Positions 1 through 9,917 of a stretch of 64,000 nucleotides of DNA are shown here, one piece after another. Origin of the DNA: Anaeromyxobacteraceae bacterium (lineage in GTDB: Bacteria > Myxococcota > Myxococcia > Myxococcales > Anaeromyxobacteraceae); contig JASGHJ010000002.1 in NCBI GenBank assembly GCA_047602405.1, forward strand, positions 1,024,001 through 1,088,000. The letters are read 5' to 3'. The translations under genes and the position numbers were made by a program. Below the pieces are notes generated by a model. The model was not told the DNA's origin and made no database searches. It saw only the letters and a list, made by a program, of their open reading frames with translations. Position 1 is the first letter of the stretch, and every line of letters starts with the position of its first letter.

Positions 1-1
1 G

Positions 2-1702
2 CTGCGCGCGCTCGACCCGGCCACGAACGAGTACCTCTTCACGCTGAAGGAGCAGGCGAGGGGGAAGGCGAGCGTGCCGGAGCTCATCGACCGGCTCGCG
101 CGGGCGACCCGCGATCGCCTGCGGCCCGGGCCCTCCGAGGCCGAGGGCACGAAGCGCGCGGTGGCCGAGCTCACCACGAGCAACCTCGAGGCCTACGAGC
201 ACTACTTCAACGCGCGGCGGAACATCGACCTGCGGCAGTTCGACGGCGCCCGCAAGGAGCTCGAGGCGGCGCTCGCCGCCGACCCGTCCTTCGCGCTCGC
301 CCACTACGCCCGCACGGTGCTCGACTCCTGGACCCACCCGCTCGGCCTCGGCGGCCTCGAGGGCCCCGACGCCGAGGGCGATCGCCAGCGGCTCGAGGCG
401 GCGGTGCGGCTCGCCGACCGGCTCCCCGAGCGCGAGCGGCTGGGGCTCCTCGCCTGGAAGGCGACCGCCGACGGCCGGAACGACGAGGCCCGGCGCCTGC
501 GCGACGAGGCCGCCCGCGCGTTCCCGCAGGACAAGGACGCGGTCTTCTGGGCCGGCGATCAGCGCTTCCACGTGGGCGACCCGGCCGGCGCCATCCCGTT
601 CTTCGAGAAGGCCATCGCGCTCGACCCCGACTACCGGCTCGTGCTCGAGCACCTCGTCGGCGCGAACGCCCAGCTCGGGCGCTCCCAGGAGGTCCTGCGG
701 TGGTCGAAGCGCTGGGCCGAGGTGGCCGGTACCCCCGAGGCGAAGATGGCCTACGGGCGCGCCCTGCTCGTCGCCGATCACGTCGACGAGGCGCAGCGGC
801 TCTTCCACGAGGTCGGCGGCCCGGGGTACGACCCGCCGCCGATGATCACCTGGCTGCTCCGCCACGGGCGCGTCGACGAGGCCGAGGCCCGCGCCCGCGC
901 CGCGCTCAAGGTGCCGATCCCGGCCGGCGTCGCGAGCGACGCCGACAAGGCCTCCCGCGGCCCCTCCGAGGCGCTCGAGGCGGTGTACACGTTCCAGGGC
1001 CGCCTCCGCGAGGCCGAGCGGCTCAGCCGGGAGCGGCTCGCGAGGGCGCCCGCCAAGGACCGCGTGCAGCGCCTCTTCGCGTACGCCCTCATCAGCCGCG
1101 ACCCGGCGCGCGCCGGGGCGCTCCTGACGGAGATCCAGGCGACCGGCATGGACAAGGATCCGGTCGTGGCGGCGCAGGCCGCGATCGCGGTCGGCCTCGC
1201 GGGCGACCGCGGCGGGGCGGAGGGCCGCCGCGCGGCCGTGCTCGCGATGCCGGGGTGGGGGAGGCTCACGCCGGGGGCCCGGAGCTTCTTCGAGGGCGCG
1301 CTCGCGCTCGCGGCCGGGCACCTCGACGAGGCGGAGCGGAGCCTGCGCGGGCCGGCGGAGGGCGCGCCGCCCGATCCGGTCTACGTGAGCCGGGTCACGC
1401 TCGGCGAGCTCCTCGCGGCGTCCGGCCGCGCCGCCGACGCGATCGCGTACCTCGAGAAGGCGCGGCTCACGCCCCCGGGCCAGGAGGAGGGGAACTACAT
1501 CTCGCTCTACCCGCGCATCCTCCTGCGCCTCGCGGTCGCGCACGAGGCGGCCGGGGATCGCACCCTCGCCCGCGAGCGGCTCTCCGAGCTCCTCGCGCTC
1601 TGGAAGAAGGCGGACCCGGACCTCCCCGGCGTCGTCGAGGCCCGGGCCCTCGAGCGCCGGCTCGGGTCCGCGCGGGTGGCGTCCGGTGCGGCCGCCCCGT
1701 AA
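2..1702 (+). CDS. TPR-repeat protein, 5'-truncated (probably the C-terminal part of a Ser/Thr kinase- or cyclase-type TPR protein)
   Basis: The frame is open from position 2 (LRALDPATNEYLFTLKE...). It contains 'TTSNLEAYEHY', several TPR-like helices (ALAADPSFALAHY, AIALDPDY) and a C-terminal 'LWKKADPDLP' typical of myxobacterial kinase-TPR proteins. Confidence 0.8.
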   Translation: MRALDPATNEYLFTLKEQARGKASVPELIDRLARATRDRLRPGPSEAEGTKRAVAELTTSNLEAYEHYFNARRNIDLRQFDGARKELEAALAADPSFALAHYARTVLDSWTHPLGLGGLEGPDAEGDRQRLEAAVRLADRLPERERLGLLAWKATADGRNDEARRLRDEAARAFPQDKDAVFWAGDQRFHVGDPAGAIPFFEKAIALDPDYRLVLEHLVGANAQLGRSQEVLRWSKRWAEVAGTPEAKMAYGRALLVADHVDEAQRLFHEVGGPGYDPPPMITWLLRHGRVDEAEARARAALKVPIPAGVASDADKASRGPSEALEAVYTFQGRLREAERLSRERLARAPAKDRVQRLFAYALISRDPARAGALLTEIQATGMDKDPVVAAQAAIAVGLAGDRGGAEGRRAAVLAMPGWGRLTPGARSFFEGALALAAGHLDEAERSLRGPAEGAPPDPVYVSRVTLGELLAASGRAADAIAYLEKARLTPPGQEEGNYISLYPRILLRLAVAHEAAGDRTLARERLSELLALWKKADPDLPGVVEARALERRLGSARVASGAAAP

Positions 1703-1711
1703 GCTGGCGGC

Positions 1712-2392
1712 ATGAAGCCGGCCCGCCCGTTGCCCCGTGCCCTGCCGCGCCGTGGCCCGTTGCTCCGGGGGCTCTTGCTCTGCAGCCTGGCGCTCGCGCC
1801 GGCCGCGCGCGCCGACGACAGCATGCGCTGCGAGCGCGGCATCGTGAGCGCCGGCGACCTCACCGTCGACCTCCTCGGCAAGTGCGGCCCGCCGTCGCTG
1901 CGCGACCGGTGGACCGAGGAGCAGGACGCGGTGGCGGTGAACGTGAAGGCGGGGCTCGCCGAGGCGGCCCGCCTCACCGTCGAGCTCGAGCAGTGGACCT
2001 ACGACTTCGGCACGAACAGCTTCCTCATGCTCGTCACCCTCCGCAACGGGCGGATCGTGGGCTTCGCGCGCGGCGGCTACGGCCACGGGCTCCCGCCGGT
2101 GGAGGCGCCCAGGCCGCGCGTCTCGGCGTGCGAGCCGAACTTCCACGAGGGCGACACGAAGGCCGACGTCCTCGCGCGCTGCGGGCAGCCGGCCGACCTG
2201 CACGCGTGGCAGGGCGTGCGCTCGCTGCCGCTCGTCGCGACGGGCACGGGGGCGGTGGGGGTCTCGCGGCGCCCGGTGCGCCACGAGCAGTGGATCTACA
2301 ACCTCGGCCCGAACCAGTTCCTGCGCGTGGTCCTCTTCGAGGACGGGCGGGTGGCGAGCGTCTCGACCGGCGGCTACGGCTACCGGGACTGA
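1712..2392 (+). CDS. Secreted protein with two tandem DUF2845-like domains
   Basis: Signal peptide (…APAARA-DDSMRC) followed by two repeats of 'C..G..GD...D(L/V)L..CG.P...EQW.Y..G.N.F...V....GR......GGYG'. Confidence 0.8.
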   Translation: MKPARPLPRALPRRGPLLRGLLLCSLALAPAARADDSMRCERGIVSAGDLTVDLLGKCGPPSLRDRWTEEQDAVAVNVKAGLAEAARLTVELEQWTYDFGTNSFLMLVTLRNGRIVGFARGGYGHGLPPVEAPRPRVSACEPNFHEGDTKADVLARCGQPADLHAWQGVRSLPLVATGTGAVGVSRRPVRHEQWIYNLGPNQFLRVVLFEDGRVASVSTGGYGYRD

Positions 2393-2401
2393 GGCCCCGG
2401 G

Positions 2402-4114
2402 CTACCGCGGCCGCGCGCCGCCGACCGCGAGCGCGTGGACGCGCGCGGCCCCGCCCGCCGGCAGGCGCAGCTCGAGGGCGCCGGACGCGGGCACGAGCTC
2501 CACCGCGCCGCCGCGGCCGAACCCCAGCACCTCGCCCGTCGCGACGTCGCGGATCATGGCGACCTCGCCGGGCTCGGCGCTCCAGGTCACGCGGACCGCG
2601 CCACCCGAGGCGGGCTCCACCGACGGCGCGGCGCCGGCGCGGGCCGCGGGGGTGCGCTGCGCGCGCACGATCGCCGGCCCGCCCGCGGCCTCCCAGCGGA
2701 GCGTCGCGAGCTCGGCGGCCTCGGCGGCCTCGAGCGGGACCGTGAAGGCGAAGCCCGCGCCCGGGCCGGACGCGCAGGTGGCGTCGGCGAGCGCGAACGG
2801 CACCGAGAAGAGCGCGCGGCCCTGGGCGTCGAGGCCGGTGAGCCGCTCCGGTCCGGGCGGCGGCGGCCGCGCGGGGACGGGCAGGTGGAACGCCGGCTCG
2901 AGCGTCCGCACGCCGCCCTCCTCGCGCCCCCACACGAGGAGCGACGCCGGGGACGCCGCCCGCGGCGCGTCGGCGGCGGGCGGCGCCGGCTCCTCCGCCG
3001 CGAGGCCGGGCGCGCGGAGCGTCCCGAGGACCTTGCGGTAGTTGTAGTCGGAGACCCAGTTGTTGGAGCAGTAGGCCATCAGGTCGTGCAGGTCGGGCGT
3101 CTTGAGCGCGCCGGTGGCGACGTCGAGGCCGTAGGCGCCGATGACGGCGCCGGCGTAGGGGTAGTTCGGGTCCGGGCCACCCGCGCTGCAGCCGGGCGCG
3201 TGGCTGAGGCCGAAGTTGTGGCCGACCTCGTGGGCGAGCACGCCGCTCGAGGAGGAGCCCTCCGGGTCGCCGGCGCGCATCTTGTCCCAGCCGATCGCGG
3301 CGCGGCCGGGCACGTAGCCGATGCCGGCGACGCCGCCGCCGTAGCTCGTCGCGATGGCGCCGTAGAGGTAGCCGCTCCAGCCGTCGGCGGCGCGCTTCGC
3401 GGACACCTCCGAGAGGATCGTGCTCCAGCCGGTGCCGTCGGCGGCGGCGGAGACCGAGGCCGAGAAGGTGCTCCCGAGGCTCGCGTCCACGGTCGCGACC
3501 GGCCAGGCGCGCTGGAGCAGGGTCGTGTAGTAGGCGAGGTTCGTGGCCGTCGCGTTGCCGGTGAGCCCGTCGGGCGTCTTCACCGGGACGATCCGCATCC
3601 GGACGGGCGGCACCGTCGCGACGTCGAGCGGGCGCGGCGCGCCGGAGGGTGGCCAGGCGTTGTTGGACTCGTCGGTCTCGAGGATCTTCCGGTCGGAGTC
3701 GACGTCGATCCGGATCGAGCGCCCGGGCTGGATCAGCGCGCCGGGGATGGCGCCGTTCCAGGAGGACGCGAGGTCGCCCTCGTCGACGGCCGCCGGCACC
3801 GACGGCCCCGGCGGCGGCACCGCGATCATGCCGACGAGGGTCGCGCCCTCGTAGACGCTGACCCGGACGAGCGGCGCCGCGGTCGCGGGGCCGGTCGCGG
3901 TCACCCAGACGCGCGCGATCGCGTCCTTGCCCGCGACGAGCGGCACGTCGAAGGCCGGGGTCTGCGTGGACTGGACCACGTACGCCGTCGCGATCGCGAG
4001 GTCGGGGCCGCCCGGCGGCGCGGTCCTCACGGGCACGCGCTCCGCCTCGCACGCGACGGCCGCGGCGACGAGGGCGAGGGTGGCCAGGTGGCGGGAGGGC
4101 GCCGGGAGCATCAC
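2402..4114 (-). CDS. M66-like (metzincin) zinc metalloprotease lipoprotein
   Basis: Lipobox [16 protein letters not shown] zinc motif; Met-turn DLMAYC; N-terminal 'QSTQ...[11 protein letters not shown]' domain. Start is GTG 4114 or ATG 4111. Confidence 0.8.
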   Translation of the reverse strand: MMLPAPSRHLATLALVAAAVACEAERVPVRTAPPGGPDLAIATAYVVQSTQTPAFDVPLVAGKDAIARVWVTATGPATAAPLVRVSVYEGATLVGMIAVPPPGPSVPAAVDEGDLASSWNGAIPGALIQPGRSIRIDVDSDRKILETDESNNAWPPSGAPRPLDVATVPPVRMRIVPVKTPDGLTGNATATNLAYYTTLLQRAWPVATVDASLGSTFSASVSAAADGTGWSTILSEVSAKRAADGWSGYLYGAIATSYGGGVAGIGYVPGRAAIGWDKMRAGDPEGSSSSGVLAHEVGHNFGLSHAPGCSAGGPDPNYPYAGAVIGAYGLDVATGALKTPDLHDLMAYCSNNWVSDYNYRKVLGTLRAPGLAAEEPAPPAADAPRAASPASLLVWGREEGGVRTLEPAFHLPVPARPPPPGPERLTGLDAQGRALFSVPFALADATCASGPGAGFAFTVPLEAAEAAELATLRWEAAGGPAIVRAQRTPAARAGAAPSVEPASGGAVRVTWSAEPGEVAMIRDVATGEVLGFGRGGAVELVPASGALELRLPAGGAARVHALAVGGARPR

Positions 4115-4351
4115 CGGCCGTGGATCCTACGCCGGGGGCAGCCGCGTGTCGTGGAGGGCGGGGACGCACCTTTCCGGATTTGCCGGATGCGTCTCCACGG
4201 CGTGGGACAGCGGCCAAACGTCGCGCACTTCCACCCCCAAGAAGGAGGTTGGGTTCAAGACGGCGACCGGTCGGCTCCTGTAGAATCGCCGCGTACACCA
4301 CCCCAGGTGAAAACTGGTACGGCCCACTCCCTGGGCCGGGGGAAGGAACAC

Positions 4352-5806
4352 ATGAGGCCGATCCACTTCATCGCCGCGGCGCTCACGCTCGCGCTCTCGA
4401 GCGGTCCCGCGTACGCGATCAACCTCGGCAAGATCTTCGGGACGAAGTCCACGTCCTCGAGCAGCGGTCACTCGGGCTCGGGCGACGACAAGGACAAGGA
4501 CAAGGGCCACGACGAGGACGAGAACTGCGACGACGGCGGCGGCGACTGGGTGCCGCCGTACGAGAACCCGCCGGAGATCGTGTTCGTCTGCTACCACAAG
4601 CAGAACGGCAAGGCGCGCATCGTGCCGCCGTGGTTCCCCGCGGGCTGCGACCCGACGCTCCTCGGCTACCCGACGTACCCGGGCGCGATCCCGGGCAAGA
4701 TGTGCACGGCGGGCGGCGCGCTCGAGTGCAAGCGCACCGAGTTCTTCATGCAGCTGCCGGTGCAGGGTCCTCCGGGCCCGGCCGGCCCTCCCGGTCCGCA
4801 GGGCGCGGCCGGGCCGCAGGGGCCCGCGGGCCCTGCCGGCCCCGCAGGTCCGAAGGGTGACACCGGCCTGCAGGGCCCGATGGGCCCGGCCGGCGTCGAC
4901 GGGCTCCCCGGTCCGATGGGCCCGATGGGCCCCGCCGGCGCGCAGGGCCCCGCAGGTCCTGCCGGCGCCGCAGGCGCGCAGGGCGCGCAGGGCGCCCAGG
5001 GTCCCGCCGGTCCGACCGGCCCGCAGGGACCGCAGGGCCTGACCGGCCTGCAGGGCCCGATGGGCCCCGCCGGCGTGGACGGCCTCCCCGGCCCGGCCGG
5101 CGCGACCGGCCCCACGGGCCCCGCCGGCGCTGCCGGGCCGACCGGCCCGACCGGCCCGAAGGGTGACGCCGGCGTCGCGGGCCCCGCCGGTCCCACCGGC
5201 CCGACCGGTCCCGCCGGCCCCACGGGCCCGCAGGGTCCTCCGGGCACCGGCGGCGGCGCGGCGACGGCCTACTGGTCGTCCGGCCTGCCCGTGCTGGAGA
5301 ACAAGGGCATCACCCCCGCGCTGACGCTCGAGGCCGGCAAGCGGTACTTCATCACCGCCGTGGCCAACGCGCTCGTCCAGCCGTCGAACTCGGCGCGGAC
5401 GCTGTCGTGCTCGCTCGACAGCCCGACCGGCCGGTACACCCACGTCGAGGCGCTCATCCCGCCGGTCGTCGTCACCGGCGCCAACAACGCGCTCGAGATC
5501 AGCCAGACGCCGGTCTCGGTGGTGGTGACGTTCCAGGCCTACGCGGCCCCGGACGCGGCCAACGTGACGGACGTGTTCCTCAACTGCATCGCCAACGAGA
5601 CCCGCGTGGAGCTCATCAACGACAGCTCGGTCTCGGCGGTCGAGGTGGGCGCGGTCATCACCAACACGCTGCGCGGCACCGAGCCGCCGACGCACCCGGC
5701 GCCGTGCAGCACGAACGGCACCACGTCGCTCCGCGCGGGGACGGGCACGTCGCCCTGCACGATCGACAACTCGCCGCAGGTGAACCGCCGCAGCGGCAGC
5801 TACTGA
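4352..5806 (+). CDS. Secreted collagen-like protein
   Basis: RBS GGAAGGAA then ATG 4352; signal peptide; Cys-rich N-domain; about 53 uninterrupted Gly-X-Y triplets; C-terminal globular domain. Confidence 0.9.
   Translation: MRPIHFIAAALTLALSSGPAYAINLGKIFGTKSTSSSSGHSGSGDDKDKDKGHDEDENCDDGGGDWVPPYENPPEIVFVCYHKQNGKARIVPPWFPAGCDPTLLGYPTYPGAIPGKMCTAGGALECKRTEFFMQLPVQGPPGPAGPPGPQGAAGPQGPAGPAGPAGPKGDTGLQGPMGPAGVDGLPGPMGPMGPAGAQGPAGPAGAAGAQGAQGAQGPAGPTGPQGPQGLTGLQGPMGPAGVDGLPGPAGATGPTGPAGAAGPTGPTGPKGDAGVAGPAGPTGPTGPAGPTGPQGPPGTGGGAATAYWSSGLPVLENKGITPALTLEAGKRYFITAVANALVQPSNSARTLSCSLDSPTGRYTHVEALIPPVVVTGANNALEISQTPVSVVVTFQAYAAPDAANVTDVFLNCIANETRVELINDSSVSAVEVGAVITNTLRGTEPPTHPAPCSTNGTTSLRAGTGTSPCTIDNSPQVNRRSGSY
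4766..5242 (+). repeat. Collagen Gly-X-Y coding repeat with internal duplication ([18 protein letters not shown] twice)
   Basis: GGN-CCN-NNN periodicity; near-identical blocks at ~4862-4911 and ~5042-5091. Confidence 0.9.
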
Positions 5807-5829
5807 GCCCCGCCACGGGGTGTGCGTTC

Positions 5830-5861
5830 GCGGCGCGGGTTCCTCCGGGAGCCCGCGCCGC
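5830..5861. terminator. GC-rich hairpin between convergent genes (probable terminator)
   Basis: GCGGCGCGGGTTCC-TCCG-GGAGCCCGCGCCGC; no strong U-tract. Confidence 0.5.
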
Positions 5862-5918
5862 TCGCTTCTGGTGGGCAGGGCAGGGCCGGACGCGGGCGAG
5901 CGGCCCGCGTGCCGCCGC

Positions 5919-6158
5919 TCAGTACGCGGGGCGCAGCTCCCAGCTGTAGGACACGAGCTCACGGTCGACGACCACCGGCAGCCGCAGCGGGTCCTGCGAG
6001 AGGACCCGCGCGAGGTCGGGCGCGAGGGCGAGCACGTGGGGGCGGCCGGCCGGGAGCTGGTCGATCGCCTGGAGGATCTCGACGCGATCCCGGTCGCGGG
6101 CGGCGCCGATGAGGACGCCCACGTCGAAGCCCCGGGGATGCTCGAAGAAGTCGCTCAC
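5919..6158 (-). CDS. Small hypothetical protein (79 aa)
   Basis: GTG start, GC3-biased codons, protein-like composition (SDFFEHPRGFDVGVLIG...SWELRPAY). Confidence 0.5.
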   Translation of the reverse strand: MSDFFEHPRGFDVGVLIGAARDRDRVEILQAIDQLPAGRPHVLALAPDLARVLSQDPLRLPVVVDRELVSYSWELRPAY

Positions 6159-6377
6159 GTCGTCTCGCCCGTCCGCCCGGGCGGATCACCCGACTGCGTA
6201 GTCATCCGGTTGACCGGATGTTCGCTCGTGCAGGTCGATCATCCCTTGATCGGGGTCAGGCGATCCCGTCGCAGGACCGAGGGACGTTCGGCTTTTTCCG
6301 TGCGACGCCGGGTGAACTTCGTGGAGCTCTCGACCGCCCGCGCGGGCCCACCTGAGCCCGCGTCTCGGTCGCCGCGG

Positions 6378-7046
6378 TCAGGTCGGGAGCGGCACGAAGG
6401 CCGGGCGGCGCGGCGAGGCGAGGTATGCCGCGATGCGCGGGCGGCGCGCGATCTTCTCGAAGAGCGCCGAGAGCCTCGGAAAGCGCGACAAGGAGGCGCC
6501 GAGGCCGTTGTCGCGCACGATCTCGAGGGCGTACCAGAGCGCGAGGTCGGCGACGGTGAGCACGTCGCAGGCCCCGAAGCCCTCCCGCGAGCCGTTCCGC
6601 TCGATCGTCCGCTCCAGGAAGCCCAGCCAGCGCGGGATCGACGCCGTCGCGAGCTCCTCGCGGACCGCGGCGCGCTTCTCCGGGGCGGCGGTCGGGATCT
6701 TCCGGAGCTCCAGCCGCAGGTCCTCGACCGCGCCCCACAGCTCGTCGCAGCGCGCGTTCTCGAGCGGCGTGCGGCCGAGGAGGCCGTGCGCGCGGCCGAC
6801 GTGGTAGGCGATGGCCGCGCTCTGCGCGAGCCGCAAGCCGTTCGGCTCCTCCCAGACCGGCGCGGCCTCGTAGGGCAGGTCGCCGGTGGCCTTCAGGGCC
6901 GCGAAGTCGGTGGGGCGGCCGCCGAGGGGCGGGGTGCCCTTGCCGATGGGGTGCTCCTGCCACTCGACGCCGGCCTCGGCGAGCGCGAGCCGGATGATCT
7001 CCGCGCGCCCGCGGGCGGCGAAGTAGATGATCGTGGGCTTGTCCAT
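6378..7046 (-). CDS. Glutathione S-transferase family protein
   Basis: MDKPTIIYFAARGRAEIIRLALAEAG; 'LAQSAAI..H'; C-terminal 'LTVADL' motif. ATG at 7046. Confidence 0.9.
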   Translation of the reverse strand: MDKPTIIYFAARGRAEIIRLALAEAGVEWQEHPIGKGTPPLGGRPTDFAALKATGDLPYEAAPVWEEPNGLRLAQSAAIAYHVGRAHGLLGRTPLENARCDELWGAVEDLRLELRKIPTAAPEKRAAVREELATASIPRWLGFLERTIERNGSREGFGACDVLTVADLALWYALEIVRDNGLGASLSRFPRLSALFEKIARRPRIAAYLASPRRPAFVPLPT

Positions 7047-7065
7047 GGCGCGGGAGTGTAGCGTG

Positions 7066-8775
7066 TCAGGCCCTCGTCCGCCGCGCGTCCCACCGCCCCT
7101 CCGCGCGCAGCCGCTCGACGATGGCCGCGGCCCGCTCGCGGAGCGCGAGGTAGTCCGTCTTCGCCACCCGGTTGAGCGGGATGCCACCCTGCGGCAGCAC
7201 CTCCACGTGCCCGGGCCGGGCGTAGGACGCGATGTCCCCGCACGCCGCGGCGACCTCGTCGGCGGTGAGGTCCGCGCCGGGCGCCGCCTCGACGAACGCC
7301 ACGATGCCCTCCGAGTAGACCGCGTGCTCGGCGCCCACGATCGCCGCCGCGCCCGCGCGGCCGGGCAGCGCCCGGAGGATGTGCTCCTCCACGTCGCCCG
7401 GGAAGACCTGGTAGCCCTTCGGCTTCACCACGAGCCGGGCCCGGCCGGACAGCCGCAGGCCCCCCTCGCGCGTGTACGCGCCGAGGTCGCCCGTGTAGAG
7501 CACGCCGTCCGTCGAGACGGCCCGCCGCGTGGCCTGTGGGTCGCCGAGGTAGCCGAGGAAGAGCTGAGGGCCCGCGAAGCAGAGCTCCCCGACCTCGCCC
7601 GGCGCGAGCTCCGCGCCGGCGGCGCCGTCCTCGCGCATCGGTGCGCGCACCGTGAGCGGGCACCGGGGCTGGTCCCAGCCGATGCCGCGCGCGAGGTCGT
7701 CGCTCGTCGCGCCCACCGCGGTGTACGTGCAGAAGCCGGAGGTCTCGGTGAGCCCGAGCCCGGTGCCGATGGCCGGCGCCATCCCGCGGAGCTGCTCGAG
7801 GAACGCGCGCGGGACGCCCTGGCCACCGTAGATCGCCGCGCGCACGCTCGCGAGGTCGCGGGCGGCGTAGCTCGAGTGGCGCCACTCGAGGTTGAAGAGG
7901 GCGGGGATCTGCCCGAGGATCGTGACCCCGTGGCGCTCGATCGCGTCGAGGCTCTTCCCGGCGTCGAAGACGTGCAGGAGCACCGAGGTGATGCCGCCGT
8001 ACAGCGCGGTCCCGAGGAGCTCCGTCGTGCAGCCGACGTGCGACGGCGGCAGGTTGACGAGGAGCCGGTCGGAGGGCCGCAGGTCGAAGCCCACCGAGAG
8101 CGCCACGTTCTGCACGAGGATGCCCTCGTGGCAGAGGAGGGCGGCCTTCGGGGAGCCCGTGGAGCCGGTCGTGAAGATGACGAGGCACCCGTCGCGCTTC
8201 GCGACGGCCCGGCGCGCCCGCCGGACCGCGCCCGTGAGCCGGGCGCGCACGTACCGGAGCGCGATGCCCTTCACCCAGTCCTTCACCCAGACGGCGCCGG
8301 GCAGGAGGTTGTCCGGCGTCTTCTGGAACTGCACCCAGCGCGCGACGCCGGGGATCGTGCCGACCACCTCGCGGAGCACCGGCATGAGCTGCGGCGCGCC
8401 CGCGTAGAGGTACCCCCGGGGGCGGAGCTTCTCGAGCGCCGCGCGGAGCTCTCCGGCCTGCAGCCTCAGGTCGAGCGGCGCGAGGACCACGCCGACCCGG
8501 TAGCAGGCGAGGAGCAGGAACACGTGCTCCTTGAGGAGGGGCAGGCTCGTGGCGAGGACGTCGCCCTTCCTGAAGCCGTCGTCGAGCAGGCGCGCGGCGA
8601 ACGCGTCGGCGGCGCGGTCGAGGGCGCGCCAGGTGACGGTCTCGCCGGTGTCGTGCTCGATGAGCGCGAGCCCCCCGGGGTCGGTGCGGGCGTGCAGCGC
8701 CACCCGGTCGGCGATGTTGTCCGGGAGCTCCGCCGTGCGGCGCAGGCACTCCTCGTCCTGTCGAGCGGTGAACAC
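7066..8775 (-). CDS. Acyl-CoA synthetase / class I adenylate-forming enzyme
   Basis: FTTGSTGSPK P-loop, GLGLTET, YTGDLG, SGR..LVVKPKGYQVFPGDVE, C-terminal catalytic Lys (LNRVAKTD). Confidence 0.9.
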   Translation of the reverse strand: MFTARQDEECLRRTAELPDNIADRVALHARTDPGGLALIEHDTGETVTWRALDRAADAFAARLLDDGFRKGDVLATSLPLLKEHVFLLLACYRVGVVLAPLDLRLQAGELRAALEKLRPRGYLYAGAPQLMPVLREVVGTIPGVARWVQFQKTPDNLLPGAVWVKDWVKGIALRYVRARLTGAVRRARRAVAKRDGCLVIFTTGSTGSPKAALLCHEGILVQNVALSVGFDLRPSDRLLVNLPPSHVGCTTELLGTALYGGITSVLLHVFDAGKSLDAIERHGVTILGQIPALFNLEWRHSSYAARDLASVRAAIYGGQGVPRAFLEQLRGMAPAIGTGLGLTETSGFCTYTAVGATSDDLARGIGWDQPRCPLTVRAPMREDGAAGAELAPGEVGELCFAGPQLFLGYLGDPQATRRAVSTDGVLYTGDLGAYTREGGLRLSGRARLVVKPKGYQVFPGDVEEHILRALPGRAGAAAIVGAEHAVYSEGIVAFVEAAPGADLTADEVAAACGDIASYARPGHVEVLPQGGIPLNRVAKTDYLALRERAAAIVERLRAEGRWDARRTRA

Positions 8776-8878
8776 GTCGGCGCCTCCTCGTCGAGCTTCG
8801 AGCGGGCGCGCATCGTAGCGGTGGAGGGGGCCGGGGAGGTGCGGCGTTCCGCCATCGGCGGAGCGTCAAGTGAAGCGA

Positions 8879-8913
8879 CCCGGGGCGGGGGCTCCCTGGT
8901 TCCCCCGCCCCGG
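8879..8913. terminator. Hairpin downstream of 8938-9435 gene
   Basis: CCGGGGCGGGGG...CCCCCGCCCCGG inverted repeat. Confidence 0.45.
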
Positions 8914-8937
8914 ATCCGTCCGGCGACGTCCCGGACG

Positions 8938-9435
8938 TCAGGTGTCCTCGCCCGCGGCCGACGCGACGAGCCGCTCGGCCTCTTCGGGCAGCGGCGGCAC
9001 GAGCACCGGGTGGCCGGCGCCGAGGCGGGCGCTCGACCAGGCGCCGTCGTCCCGGATCACGCGGATCGGCATGCCGACGCCCCAGGTGCCCGGCGCGCCG
9101 AACACGGCGGTGACCTCGGCCTTCTCGACCGGGATGGAGAGCGTGGGGGCGACGGTCTCGAGGAGCGTCACCGCGGCGCCGAGCGCCCGGGTGGCGGCGT
9201 CGTCGGCGAGCGCGGCCTCCCGGTGCGTCGAGGCCACGTAGGTCAGCCGGAGCACCGGCTCGCCGGCCGTCGTGCGGGCGATGGCGGACTCGAGGAGCAC
9301 GAAGGGCCGGCCGCCGTCGGCGACGAGGAGCCGCGGCTCGGAGGGCACGTAGACGACGGCAGGCTCGCCGGCGAACGCCGCGGGGGCGGTGGCGAGGAGC
9401 GCGGTGGCTGCGACGGCGAGGGCAGGGCGGTGCAC
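8938..9435 (-). CDS. Secreted hypothetical protein
   Basis: GGAGG RBS before GTG 9435; signal peptide ending APAAFA. Confidence 0.65.
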   Translation of the reverse strand: MHRPALAVAATALLATAPAAFAGEPAVVYVPSEPRLLVADGGRPFVLLESAIARTTAGEPVLRLTYVASTHREAALADDAATRALGAAVTLLETVAPTLSIPVEKAEVTAVFGAPGTWGVGMPIRVIRDDGAWSSARLGAGHPVLVPPLPEEAERLVASAAGEDT

Positions 9436-9567
9436 GGGGGCCTCCGGACGGGCGATTCGCCCGCGTTCGGAGGGAAAGACGCACGGGCGCCGCCGGGCGT
9501 TCCCGGGCGGACATTCCGTCACGAAGCCGGAGGTTGCCGTCTCCCGGCCTCGCCTGCGGGAGGGCGG

Positions 9568-9852
9568 CTACCGGCGCGCGGCCCGCGCGACGCCCAGGCC
9601 GGCCGTGAAGAGGCCGACGAAGCCGAGCCCGACGGCGATGCGCCGGTTCCGCGCGCGCTCGGCCTCGAGGTCGCGCTGCTCGAACCCCTTGCCCTCGAGG
9701 AGGCCCTTCATCGAGTCGCCGGCGGCCCGGAGCGCCTGCGCGGCGGCCTCGGGCTCGGTGGGATCGTTCTTCACGTAGAGGACGCCGGCGCCGGCCGCGA
9801 GGAGCAGGCCGGCGAGGACGAGGCCGGCGCCGTAGGCGAGGCGGCTCTTCAT
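9568..9852 (-). CDS. Small two-TM hypothetical membrane protein
   Basis: Two hydrophobic segments flanking a charged helix; ATG start. Confidence 0.65.
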   Translation of the reverse strand: MKSRLAYGAGLVLAGLLLAAGAGVLYVKNDPTEPEAAAQALRAAGDSMKGLLEGKGFEQRDLEAERARNRRIAVGLGFVGLFTAGLGVARAARR

Positions 9853-9917
9853 GGTCCGGGCATCCTAGCGCGCGGGGTGGGCGCGCGCGAGGATGCCCGC
9901 GGAGGGCCGGGACGACC

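Noticed and set aside
4115..4351. c-di-GMP/cGAMP (GEMM) riboswitch upstream of the collagen gene (also checked 12378-12695)
   Set aside because: The conserved GEMM core (GGCAAAC...GAAA tetraloop...GCAAAGC) was not found on either strand.
4666..5247. Antisense collagen-like ORF
   Set aside because: Mirror of the GGN-CCN repeats of the plus-strand gene; no RBS or signal peptide.
6159..6242. In-frame TGA upstream of the 79-aa ORF (MIDLHERTSGQPDDYAVG*SARADG...) as a possible selenocysteine codon
   Set aside because: No redox-motif context, the upstream codons are atypical, and the downstream hairpin is too close to the UGA for a typical bacterial SECIS. Not supportable without homologues carrying Cys.
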